Of a stretch of 64,000 nt of DNA, positions 28,454 through 40,971 are shown piece by piece. A model generated the notes under the pieces. It saw nothing but the letters and a program-made list of their open reading frames with translations, was not told where the DNA came from and made no database searches. The position numbers were made by a program, and so were the translations under genes. The stretch spans positions 62,620,001-62,684,000 of the forward strand of contig NC_042998.1 of the NCBI RefSeq assembly GCF_006345805.1, in the 5' to 3' direction. Within the stretch, counting starts at the first letter, position 1, and each line of letters begins with the position of its first letter. This stretch comes from Octopus sinensis (lineage: Eukaryota).

Positions 28454-29502
28454 GGCGCAGGAGTGGCTGTGTGGTAAGTAAGTTGCTTACTACGCATGAG
28501 CGAGTCGGTTGTATTTAACACTAAAGCGGTAAGACGTGCTTTTAAAGCCGTCTTAAATTGAAGACTTTTGACACTCAGCCGTAAGGTAAGATTTTTTTCG
28601 GTCTTGTGAGAGCCTGTTGTATGTCGCAATTATTTTTACAAACAAGAAGTCCTCACTAGACTCTAGTCTGCCTGAGGCTGAGTGAAAATTTTTTTTCACT
28701 TAATTGTGAAAATTATTGGTTTGGTAGGCGTATCCTAACAAAAAAAATTGTTTGAAAATAGTGTTTCAACAATATTGTTACTGTCAAGGAGTACCTAGAA
28801 GAAAATTGGAATGATGTTTTAACTGTTTTACAATTGCGTTAAAATTTTGACCTGGAGTACCGAGTGGCCTTTGCTGTGTTTTGAACTGTTGCTCTCTCTT
28901 CATATATCTTTTATTTAAAAAAAAAACTCTTTATTGAACTGTTTATTTTTTTCTCTCCTTCATTTTGTTTGGACTTTTTTCCTCTTCCTTCTTTTTCCTT
29001 AATTATTTTATATTTTAACAACTGCATTTTTGGACTATTTTTAAAAAAAAAACATGGCAAATAACAATGAAAAGTTGGCGGAGTGCGAAATTACACCACC
29101 CAAAAAATGGTTAAAAGAACTTGAAAGTAAAACGGTGGTTAAGTCCAATAATTGTAAAAACTGTTGTGAGAGGTTCAATACCTCGTTTTGTTTACTCTGT
29201 TGAAAAAAAAAGAACCATGTTTTAGAGAAGCAGAAAATCGGCGGTCTTTTTTTGCCTTCACTCATCAATATTATCCTTGTTTTATCATTCACCTCATCAA
29301 TGTATATGTCCAGCCCGCAAGCTATTTTTTGTAATGCTTTTATGGCAAATCTTGATGAAATAAAATAGGTTGCTTACCAAACACATGGTTCTGAGTTCAG
29401 TCCCACTGCGTGGCACCTTAAGCAAGTGTGTTCTAATATAGCCTCGGGCCGACCAAAGCTTTTTGAGTGGATTTGGTAGATGGAAACTGGACGAAGCCCG
29501 TC

Positions 29503-29557
<55 letters not shown>

Positions 29558-29775
29558 AGTGTGTATGTGCTTGTGTGTCTGTGTTTGTCCACCCAACATA
29601 GCTTGGCAACTGGTGCTGGCGTGTTTTCGTCGCCGTAATTTGGCGGTTCAGCAAAAGAGACCGATAGAGTAAGTACTAGGCTTACAAAGAATAAGTCCTG
29701 GGGTCGATTCGTTCGACTAAAGGCGGTGCTCCAGTATGGCCACAGACAAATGACTAAAACAAGTAAAAGAATATA
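28454..29775 (+). mobile_element. SINE family B split by an 878-bp insertion (28491-29368)
   Basis: Head at 28454-28490, remainder from 29369; GTTGCTTAC duplicated at 28482-28490 and 29369-29377. Confidence 0.75.
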
Positions 29776-30648
29776 AGAATAAAGGAACCTGTATATATAT
29801 GCATGCATCTATGTATGTATAAAGAATGAAGAATATAAATCACATTGCTATAAATAGACATATATGATAGGTTAGTAGTACGGATATATATATATATATA
29901 TATATTAATAAATAAAACATATGCATATATATAAACATATATGCACGTACCTACCTCTACATGTACATATACACGCATATATGAGTACAGGACACCAAAA
30001 AGACGTCGAACACAATGAGAAACGAAAGCATAGATACAAACCCAAGGAACTGGACATTTTTTTAAACAACAAAAAAATAAAGTACAGGACAATTAACACA
30101 AAGAAAAACCCCTTCTTCAGTCGCTATGGTTTCATCTACTCTACGTTTCGAATGTGAAAGCGAGACGTATCTTCGACAAGAAACTTTCCTTCCTGCGAAA
30201 TTTTGAGATCTTTTCGCAGAGGGGTAAAAAATGGTAACAAAAACAGGACAGTAACGACAGTACAAATTATAAACAGTAAAAGACAGGACAAGGAAAAACA
30301 AGATAAGAAGGGCTGTTAACGCCGAACGAAAAAAAGTATTACGAATGCGGATTTTTTTGTGAACGACGAACGGAGCAAAAAGAATTGCCGTCCACACCTC
30401 GAGAGGGTTAGGCTAGAAAGACAGTTGCTGATGTGCTGTGACGTAGTACATGTGACGTAGTACATGCGGTGGTGGAGCGATAGAGTGGTTGCATAATGTC
30501 AACATAACGTGACGGTCCCGTAAAGGGAATTACACCACCGCTATATAGCCCTAGAAAGCATCGACGCTTTCTGTCGGCTTTGACACATTTCCTGTGTCCT
30601 TATATTTGCAAAGGGGAGGCAAGCACCCCCCACCAGCTAGGACTAGCA

Positions 30649-30696
30649 GCCTGAACACATGCATGTTTCTGGGTCTTGCCCGTCATCAGTCCGGGG
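30649..30696 (-). ncRNA. Type-I hammerhead-like motif, probably inactive copy
   Basis: Reverse complement: cccgga-CTGATGA-c-ggg-caaga-ccc-a-GAAA-catgcatg-TG-ttcagg; palindromic stem III; cleavage triplet is GUG, not NUH. Confidence 0.55.
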
Positions 30697-31099
30697 GTAG
30701 CGAGTCCCCGCTAGCGGTGATATTTGCCAAGCCTCCGCAAATATATAAAAGTGCTTCGCTGCAGCGAAATAACATTGAAATCGTAAACGAAAACCCAGTA
30801 ATGAAATTTCAACACCCTCCTTACGTTTGTGGCAATAATATGATATTAATAAAATAATTTCATCAGATAAAATAGGCGATAACTTTATTTGGTGAAATAG
30901 ATTTATGAATATATAATTATTGCAACTGACAATGTAGAATTCAAAATATCAACATATCGTTTTCTGTCGTTATTACAATCACACGTACACTCAAACACAC
31001 ATACAAGAACGCAAACACACATACAAGAACACAAACACACATACAAGAACACAAACACACATACACAGATACATATATCCGTATAAATATCCATATATA

Positions 31100-32292
31100 T
31101 TAGGTTGAATTATAAATAATTTCTGATTTTGTTTAACACATTTACACATGAAAATGTCTAGAAAGAACTGTTTTCAATCATTAGTATAGTTACTCTTATT
31201 TTGAATGATCTTTTGTCATTCATCAGGTAGCTTTTTGATTCCTCTCGATTGAAATTCAGATGGCTGCGACATGAAGAAGCTTTCCACTTACGTTTTTACC
31301 TGATCTTCTTGAGAAACTTTTTCTCCATCACAGCATTTTGTAGACACCGAAAAATAAATGTAAATCAGTTGGTGCAACGTCTGGTGAATATGGTGGATGG
31401 AGTAGAACAGATCAGCCTAAATCCATCATTTTACCTTGCATAATTTTTGCTGAATGTGGTCTTGCATTATCATGGAAATGCATAACGTTTTTCCTATTGA
31501 GTGCAGGACATTTTCTTAAAGATTTTTATGCACACGTTGAGACCATTGAAAATATAAATCGGCATTTAATGCGTGATTGTGGTTTAAAAACTCAATAAGA
31601 ATAATACCGCAGAATAATACCACACACACACATACAACATAACCGTACTTCCGTAGAATTTAGCTTTTGAGGTAGGTTGTGGAGACTTATCCTTGTCAAC
31701 CCATTGCCTTTTGCGTTGAACTTTGTCATAAAAGACCCATTTTTCATCACTAGTAATATTATTGAGAAACAGATCATTTCTCTACCTTGAAAGAAGACTT
31801 GTCGCTATGGACATACGATGATCCCTATTCTTAGCACTAAGAGTACGGTAAATTTAAGCACTTAGCTTGCTGACTTTTCCTATCGTTTTCAAGTTGCGGT
31901 AGATAATGAATTCGGATGTGTTGAGATAAATTACTAATTCCCAAGTACTTTTACAAGGACTAAATACCACTGATTCTCTTAAAGCACCTTATTCGAAGTA
32001 TGATGAGCGTCCTGGTCTGAGTTGATCTCTCACTGATAAGTCTCTGGAACTATAAATTTGAAAATCAATTTCGCATTTGCCTTCCAGTATGACACCTTGG
32101 CCATAAACGTTGCATATTTTCTTAGCCGTTTCTCTGGTGTTTTTTCTATTCTTAAACTTCCACATCACACGTCGAATATGCACTTTCAGTTTATCCATTT
32201 AAAGAGAGTGAAATTTAATATTAAACTACGATATGCATGCTTTCACTACTTAAATATGAACGACAGATAATGCCCTTTTAAAATCAGCTTAT
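31100..32292 (-). mobile_element. mariner relic, decayed
   Basis: ORF 31989-32198 resembles the mariner N-terminus (HIRRVM..KFKNRKNTRETAKKICNVYG...RPGRSS); SDEKWVFY...RKRQW motif near 31700; TATTAGGTTG-type left end. Confidence 0.7.
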
Positions 32293-32358
32293 ATAAAAAT
32301 ACCATTATTATTATTTACAGGATTGTAAAAACGGCGCCGTATAAAAAATACCATTCGC

Positions 32359-32445
<87 letters not shown>

Positions 32446-32549
32446 TATATACATATATATATATACATATATATATGTATGTATGTATTCATGCATATAA
32501 GTATACATATATATGCATATATATGCATATATGTCTATGTGTATATATA

Positions 32550-33838
32550 CGAGGGGCGTTCAATAAGTAATGCCCCTGACCCACTTCCCATAGCAGTAGA
32601 GCAACGAAACTTGGCACAGTTATTAGTCTTTTTCTACATAGGAACCACCCAGAGTTACGCATTTCTCCCATTGTTTGATGCAGCTCTGGAGACCGTTTTT
32701 GAGGAGACCCCAGCTTGGTCCTCCAGCCTGAACGTGACTTCAGAACTCAAGGCTGCATCATCTGGGAAACGCTTTCCTTTCAAAAACAACTTCATGACTG
32801 GGAAGAGGTGAAAATCAGAGGGTGCAAGGTCAGGAAAGTAGGGGGATGGGGGAGGAGTTCATAGCCATACGCATGTGCTTCTGATCTCGCGACAAGCGAG
32901 TTGTGGACCGGAGCGTTGTCCTGCAGGAGGAGGATACCTTTGCTGATCTTGCCCCGCCTCTTGATTTTGATAGCTTCTCTTAATTTCCTCAAAAGTGAAG
33001 CATAATAGGCTCCTGCAATTGTGGTACCCTTTGCCAGGAAATCTGTCATCACTACTCCGTCCTGGTCCCAGAAGACTGTGAACATGACCTTGCCAGAGGA
33101 GGGCTGCACCCTTGCCTTCTTTGGAGGGGGTGAGTCACGGTGCTTCCACTGCATTGACTGGGCTTTGGTCTCTGGATCATCGTGATGGACCCAGGTTTCA
33201 TCCTGTGTAATCAGTCTTTTGAAAACTTTTGACTCATCTTCTTGGCACATCTCCAAATTCACCCTCGAGCACTCAACGCGTTCTTGCTTCTGGAAAGGTG
33301 TGAGCAACCTGGGAATCCATCTGGCAGACACCTTTTGCATATGCAAATGGTCATGAATGATAGTTTCCACAGACCCGGTACTAATCTTGACCTCATGGGC
33401 TATTTGGCGAATAATTATGCGTCGATCTTCCAAAATGGCAGCCTCAACTTGACGGACAGATGCCTCATCAATGGCAGAAGGGGCGACCAGATCTGGGAGC
33501 TGTTTCCACAGAGTTCCGACCATGTTTGAATTCACGATGCCAGCGTTTTACAAGGTCATATGATGGGGCATCATCACCATAAGATACTTTCATTTCATCA
33601 AAAGTCTCCAGTGATGTGCGTCCTTTCAAATACAAAAACCGGATCACTGCTCGACGCTCAACAGGCTCCATTTCCCATTTGACTCATTTCAAACACATGT
33701 AAATCAGAAACCACAATTAATTCAGAGCTGTAATGTGCCACTTACTCTATAGAGATATAAATGATTGCACATGCAAAACTTCAGCTAGATCAAACAACTG
33801 CAAGTGGGTCAGAGGCATTACTTATTGAACGTCCCTCG
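32550..33838 (-). mobile_element. Full-length mariner (DD34D) transposon, 1289 bp
   Basis: 37-bp TIRs CGAGGG(G/A)CGTTCAATAAGTAATGCC(C/T)CTGACCCACTT with TA on both flanks. Confidence 0.95.
32623..33671 (-). pseudogene. mariner transposase with two frameshifts
   Basis: MEPVERRAVIRFLY; WIPRLL; QDETWVHH; QDNAPVH; restoring one base gives PHPPYFPDLAPSDF with 34 residues between the last two catalytic Asp. Confidence 0.9.
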
Positions 33839-33890
33839 TACATAGATGCATATATGTACATATAAGCACATATGGATACACATATACATA

Positions 33891-33961
<71 letters not shown>

Positions 33962-34027
33962 TATATATATATATACATATATATATATTTATATATATAC
34001 ACACATGCACACACATATGTATACATA

Positions 34028-34080
<53 letters not shown>

Positions 34081-34191
34081 GTGTATATATGCATAATGTA
34101 TATAGATAAACATAAGCATATGTATATAGATAAACATAAGCATAGGTGATGTATAAATATAGTTATACATACATGCATATATACAGACATA

Positions 34192-34830
34192 CGAGGCCTA
34201 ATCAATAAATATCCGGACTGCTGCTGTAATAACGAAGCAAATGCACACTTGGCACATTGAACTCTGCTATGCATGCGCACTAAATTTTAACGTTCTAGCT
34301 CACTTCCTCTATTTACAGCAGTGCTTGAAAGTAAGGTGCGTAGCGTGTAGTCGTCGCATTGACCATGACAGAGAAAGTTGTCATGGTGATACCGGCTCAG
34401 AGGCCTACGTAAAGTTGCAGAAAGTGTATGAAAAGGAGTGTATGAGCCACACACACGTGTATGAGTGGTTCAGACGTTTCCAGGATGGCCGAAAAATGTC
34501 GATATTAACGAACAGTCTAGGAGACCCGCAACCAGCAGAAGTGAGATAAACATCGCAGATGTGCGTGCAGCTGTGAGGGGAAATTGTGGAATCACCATCC
34601 ATGAGTTATCAGAGGATGTACAGATTAGTTACCGTTCAGTTCAGTTCATTATCACTGAAGATTTGGGTATGAGACGCGTGTCTGGCAAGTTTGTGCCAAA
34701 ATTGCTAAAATCTGACCAAAACGACACTCGGGTTTCAGTTGCACAAGTCCGTTTTGATTGTGTTGAGGTCGATGAAAACTTTTTGAAATGGATTGTGTAA
34801 ATGGATGTTTTGAACTTTCTGAAATGGATT
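34192..34830 (+). mobile_element. mariner relic, 5' part (CGAGG-type end)
   Basis: TA-CGAGG start; VYEWFRRFQDGR, RRPATS, LGMRRVSGKFVPKLL. Confidence 0.8.
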
Positions 34831-35622
34831 TTGAAATGGATTGTGTACAAAAACGTAGTGCAAAAAATATCCTGGAGTTTGCGTAAGGATTCCCCAAAAC
34901 AACAACCAAAGACGAATAGGCTTACAGACTGATAGAATAAGTACTAGGCTTACAAAGAATAAGACCTGGGGTCGATTTTCTCGACTAAAGGCGGTGCTCC
35001 AGTATGGCCGCAGTCAAATGATTGAAACAAGTAAAAGAGTATCCATGCCAAAAAAAAAAAAAATGCTATGCTTTGTGTTTGGTGGGATCATAAAGGCATT
35101 AATTATTATGAGATTTACCCACAAAACCAAACCATTAAATCTGATATGTACTGTCGTCAGCTGGTTAATTTGAACCAAAAAATCAAAGAAATGAGGCCAT
35201 AGATCGCCGACATAAAAGCGGTAGTGTTCCAACAAGACAATGTCCGATCACATGTATTTTTGGCTACCCGAACAACGTTACATGATCTTGGCTGGGATCT
35301 CTTACCCCATCCACCATATTCTCCTGATATTGCGCCATCCAACTACCAATTGTTTTTGTCTCTATAGAACTTATTGCAAGAAAAAAAAACAAACATTTAA
35401 CGGTATAGATGGAGTCAAAATGCATCTAGATAACTTTTTTTCTTTAAAACCAGTCACATTTTATGCTGTTGGAATATTTGACATGCTTGATAGATGGGCA
35501 AATGTCATCAATAATTTGATAATAATGGAAATTATTTCATTGAATAAGATTTATTGAAAGGTCAATTATTTTTATCCTCTTTTCCATATTGAAAGACGCC
35601 CAGAATATTCCGGACAACTTAA
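34830..35622 (+). mobile_element. mariner relic, 3' part (different end type), interrupted by a SINE B tail at about 34912-35038
   Basis: KWIVYKN, MLCVWWD, QQDNVRSH, LLPHPPYSPDIAPSNY; ends CCGGACAACTTAA-TA. Confidence 0.8.
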
Positions 35623-35644
35623 TATATATATATATATTATATAT

Positions 35645-35687
<43 letters not shown>

Positions 35688-35699
35688 TATATATATATA

Positions 35700-35735
<36 letters not shown>

Positions 35736-35989
35736 GTACTGTTTTGTAATTTGTTGGATCAAGTAAAAAAGTAATCCATCTAGTGGGAGATAAATGCATT
35801 TCATTATACATAAGATTTTAATTCAAGCTAATAGTTTCATGCTTCTGAAAACACGATGATCGGAGAAGCTAGTACACCATGCCGTTAAATACTCAGCAAC
35901 GTTTCAAACTCAAATACACAACATAGCTTATTATATCACAGCATGGAACTAATAGTAACTAGAATTTAAATACTGTGTATATTAAATGC

Positions 35990-36066
<77 letters not shown>

Positions 36067-37234
36067 GTATATGTATGAATGTAGGTATGAATGTGTGAAT
36101 GTAGGTATATATGTATGAATGTGTATGTGTATATGTATGTATTTACATATATATATTGTGTGTTTGTATGTGTATATATTTGTGGTGGGGGTGGGGGTCA
36201 CCTTTTCCTTGATATATTATGTCAACAACAGCGACAACACCGACAGCAATAACAATGAAGTCTAAAATAACAACAACAACAGGATGTCTCTCAAAGATAA
36301 GCAGTGCACACAAAAACAATTGTACAGAAAAAAGTTCTGCATGCATTAGTTTCAATTTGCAGTCGCACGAGTAACCCTCACTACCATCTTCATCTCGATC
36401 AATATTCCAGGCATTCCACCCTCCCCGGCCCCATGTGGTAGTCATGTTTATTGAATCACAAGGAAAGAACGAATGACTGTGTGCCAACTTATATTTTCTT
36501 TGTTATCCATTATGGGTAACTGAAATAGCTCTTGTCACCTTCTGACAGACGAAAGAAAAACCAAATATAAATGTTTAAACCATTGTTTCGTATTCTCTCT
36601 CTTTCTCTTCCTCTCTCTTCCTCTCTCTCTTTGTCTCTGTCTCTTTCTCTTTGATAATCAAATTCTGTTTCAGACACCATCACCAAGAGTGGAGTTTGCT
36701 TGATGCTAATTTGCCGAATCGACTAGATGATTGAGTAAGTGTCCCAAAGATCTATTTATTCCCAATCTTGAAAAATTGCTAAGGTTACCCACATTTCTGT
36801 GAACCAATGCTAAAAGTAATTTTTTTCTTTCTTCCCAATGTTTTTTATCTCCTTTTTGTTTTGGTATTAATAGAATCTTTCCATTTTTTTCTCTCTCTCC
36901 AGAAAATCGATTTAATTTCAGTTCCACTAAAACCATTTGTGACATTAGAAAATCGTATCGTGTTTTTTATTATATATTTTTTTTGCTCTTATCCTTCCTC
37001 GTTCTTCAGTTTTCTTTCTCTCTCATTTACAAAGTATATATTCTTGATTTGAAGATGGTGAGTTCCATACAAAAGATATTCTGTAGAATTCTAGATTATT
37101 TATAATCAGGATTAAAACGGAAAACATGGAACCCAAAAATAAAAATTAAAACTTTCCACAATGATGTTACGTATCACTGTATGGCCATTTGATTTGCAAG
37201 AAAGTGCAGCAAAATTTTTTAATGAATCAAACCC

Positions 37235-37500
37235 TTCTGTCGTTAAAATATGACGGTCATAGTATAGTCGTAGGAAAATGACGAAACTTCAAAGCTGTCA
37301 TTCTGAGTATGTCACTGGGGTCGCGAACCTTAATATCCTTGTCTTTGAGGGAAAACTCAATGGGAAACGATGAACAGGAAGACTGAAAGATGAAGACACT
37401 GGCTGGACGACATCAAAGTATGAACTGGAAGATCTCAGAAACATGCCCGGATCCTGTAATTGAAGGAGAGAGATCGTGAATGTGCCCATGGTTCCCAACC
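37235..37500 (+). mobile_element. RTE-clade LINE C-terminal fragment
   Basis: LNILVFEGKLNGKR*TGR...WLDDIK resembles the RTE GK(I/V)EGKRxRGR..RWxD terminus. Confidence 0.55.
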
Positions 37501-37784
37501 CTCGAGAATGAGTGTTGTGAGGGGACAAAAGCAAAAGACCGGTTAAACGAAGTCTGAAATTTCGGATCAGAGTTTCGTTGGTGTTGAATCTGCTCAATCA
37601 GGAATTAACAGGGATTAAATAATAACAGTAAATAAATAGTAATGTAAAAGTGTTTCTATAGGATGAGATGATGAGATGATGAACAGAGTAGAGGAGAAAT
37701 AAATCGTTTCAGAGAGTGGAGGAGTGTCTTAATATGTGTTCGTGTGTATGTATGTGAATATAAATATATTTTTCTTTCTTTTTT

Positions 37785-37989
37785 TCTTTTATTTGTTTCA
37801 GTCATTTGACTGCGGCCGTGCTGGAGCACCGCCATTAGTCGAAGAAATTGACCCCATGACATATTCGTTGTAAGACGAATATGTACTTATCCTATCGGTC
37901 TCTCTTGCTGAACCGCTAAGTGACGAGACGTAAACACACCAGCATCGGTTGTCAAGCGATATTGGGGGGACAAACACAGACACACAAAA

Positions 37990-38052
<63 letters not shown>

Positions 38053-38220
38053 TACATATCTACAGCGAGCTTCTTTCTGCTTCCGTCTACCAAATCAACT
38101 CACAAGGCTTTGGTTGACCCGAGGCTATAGTAGAAGTCACTTGTCCAAGGTGTCAGGCAGTGGGACTGAACTCAGAACCACGTGGCTGGTAAGCAAACTA
38201 CTTACCATAAAGCCACTCCT
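37785..38220 (-). mobile_element. SINE family B, near full length
   Basis: Head, CORE-like segment, internal (TG)n and GGCGGTGCTCCAGCACGGCCGCAG tail all present on the minus strand. Confidence 0.85.
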
Positions 38221-38308
38221 GTATATACATACATACATACATACATACATGCATGCATGCATACATACATACATACACACACACATACATACATACATAT
38301 ATACATAT

Positions 38309-38351
<43 letters not shown>

Positions 38352-38352
<1 letters not shown>

Positions 38353-38715
38353 CGTGGCACTCCGTAGGTTATGACGACGAGGGTTCCAGTTGATCCGATC
38401 AACGGAACAGCCAACTCGGGAAATTAACGTGCAAGTAGCTGAGCACTCCACAGACACGTGTACCCTTAACGTAGTTGTCGGGGAGATTCAGCGTGACACT
38501 GTGTGTGACAAGGCTGGCCCTTTGAAATATAGGTACAACAGAAACAAGAAGAAAGAGGGAGAGAAGGTTGCGTTGAAAGAGTACTGGAGGATTGCTCCCC
38601 CCCCCTGGCGGAGCCTCGTGGAGTTTTAGGGGTTTTCGCTCAATAAACACTCACAGCACCCTGTCTGGGAATCGAAAGCGCGTCCACTGCCCTAACCACT
38701 GGACCATTGCGCATC
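38352..38715 (-). mobile_element. tRNA-derived SINE (family C-related)
   Basis: Reverse-complement head GCGCAATGGTCCAGTGGTTAGGGC...TTTCGATTCCCAG; tail ...ACCCTCGTCGTCATAACCTACGGAGTGCC. Confidence 0.65.
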
Positions 38716-38833
38716 GCCCCCCATATATATAGTCAATATCAAAAAACGGAGAAAAAGACAAGAGACAAACCAACAAGGCGAAGACGTGGTACATGCAATC
38801 TATTAATTATACACTCAGGGAAGGAAGAAAGGG

Positions 38834-38870
38834 TGTTTTACGTTTCGAGCAAAGCTCTTCTTCAGAAACA
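38834..38870 (-). ncRNA. Minimal type-I hammerhead ribozyme
   Basis: Reverse complement: tgttt-CTGAAGA-a-gagc-ttt-gctc-GAAA-cg-TA-aaaca; 5-bp stem I, 4-bp stem II, palindromic ACGU stem III, GUA triplet. Confidence 0.7.
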
Positions 38871-39392
38871 GGAGCCGATGGAAAGTCCAAAAGAAAAGGA
38901 AGATGGGGGAAAATCGCCAATGGTTACACGTATGGTAGAAGATTGCACAAAAGACAGAGACCGGCAGGGAATAACAGACAAGGTGTATTAGCTTGACGCT
39001 TAGAAAAAAATGGAAGAATCTTTATCGTTTTGAGTCTTCGATATTCTACAGAAAGGAATGAGGAGAGAAAATAGACGCAGAGAATAAAACGTGTCTACAT
39101 TAAGTGTTGCACACGTTGAATAAATAAATACAGGAAGGTCACGGGTGGTATGCTTTTATATAAAGATCTACTAGGCTGGATCAGGGTTGACCTGGGGCAA
39201 AACAACAATAGAAATAACAACTCATTTCTGTGTAAAAAGTATACAGCATTGTCCTGATTCGAACGATGTCAGGTGGAGGGGAGGATGTAGAAACTTCGAA
39301 GTCCCTGTCACCGTTTCTTTTTACTCAACTTAAAAGCACAGAGTAATCTTTCAGTTTAATTTGTTTCCATATATTGCTTCTATTAAAAAGAA

Positions 39393-39432
<40 letters not shown>

Positions 39433-40971
39433 GTACATTCGCATAAGATGTTGGACGATTTTCGTCTCCTGATATATTTTGTGTTTTTTAACACAGTACA
39501 TCTATAAGAGTTATTATCTCTGGAGGACGAATAGCGTATTTAAAGTGATGAATTTGTATTATGTTTGATATACAGATCTCTCTCTCTCGCCCCCTCTCTC
39601 TGCAAGTGTTTGTGTCTTTGTTTATATGTATGTGTGGTTATATACTTATCTGAAAAAACGGCTGTACGCCATAGAAACACCCTTGTAACAAGTCAATGGA
39701 CCAACCTAAATAAACTGTAGCGCTGTTCATGTATGTATTGAATGTGTCTTCCCTCTTCGGATCATTACCGAAAGCGTCATACGTACGTACATATATACAT
39801 ACATACATACATACATACATACATACATACATACATCATACATACATACATACATACATACCCTGTTGTTGATGTTGAAATTCCAATGATGGAACCTTGG
39901 AACTAGGTTAGAAACTGGTTCTTTCTCTATTGGCAAGAAATCTTGAAATAAACTGAATAATGATATACATACATACATACATGCATATATACATACATAC
40001 ATTATAAATATATATATATATATATATATACATATGTAACTATGTATATATGTATATATATATATATATATGTATGTGTCTATGTGTATATATGTAAAGT
40101 CAAGCATACACACACACATCTCTGTCCCTGTATCCCTGTATAAATCCTTCCCTCTACAGAGACACACGTATATGCCTTCTGAGAAATACAAGCTTACACA
40201 GACAGAGACAATGAAATGCAAAGTTGAAAAATTCTTGTTTATGTTGCTGAGATTTTCTATTTGGGAAATACCCTTCAGCTGTAAAGACAGCGTCTTATGA
40301 AGGAAGCTAAACTTTTGAATAAGTGAACTTGTAAATTGTCTCGCTTCTTTGATCAGCCTTCGGTGAAATTACTGCTTCTACGATTGAGTTAATAATGTTT
40401 CATTAATTGACTTCTAAATAGATAAGAGGATATTACAGGAAATGGCTTTCTATTTCTTCCGTTTTGTTTTTCAATTATTTAAACTCAAAATTGACCGCGT
40501 TTCTAATTCTGTTTTTCATGAGATTAGACTTAATAACTTTCAAAACGAAGGACAAAAACAATAAAAGTAAAACCAAATCAAATATAATGAAATAAATAAA
40601 AATAAACGATCAAGTAAAATAAATACACAAGCGATTCGAGAAAGCTTTATCATCCAGCAATTTTTATAGGAAGAAGTACAAACAAGCGATGTAATGGATG
40701 GATTTAGTAAAAATTTTATGGAAATTATAATGGAGAAGATTTCGCTAAATTAAATTTCCGAGTATTCCTGATCAACACGAAATCTTATTATTTCGATACA
40801 TACTTATTCTATAATTACTTTGGATACATAATTACAAATTTAATTGCTGAGCTCGGTTTAGTTTCCGCTTTATTTGAAAAAGAGAATTATAAGTATTATT
40901 TAATTTTCAAAATTTACACCCGCGTAAAGATAAAACATAGAGCTGCCGTTTTTGTTGTTGTTGTTGTTGTT

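Noticed and set aside
30130-30185. GAAACGTA motif on the minus strand as another minimal hammerhead
   Set aside because: The upstream core reads TTGTCGA and stem II pairs poorly.
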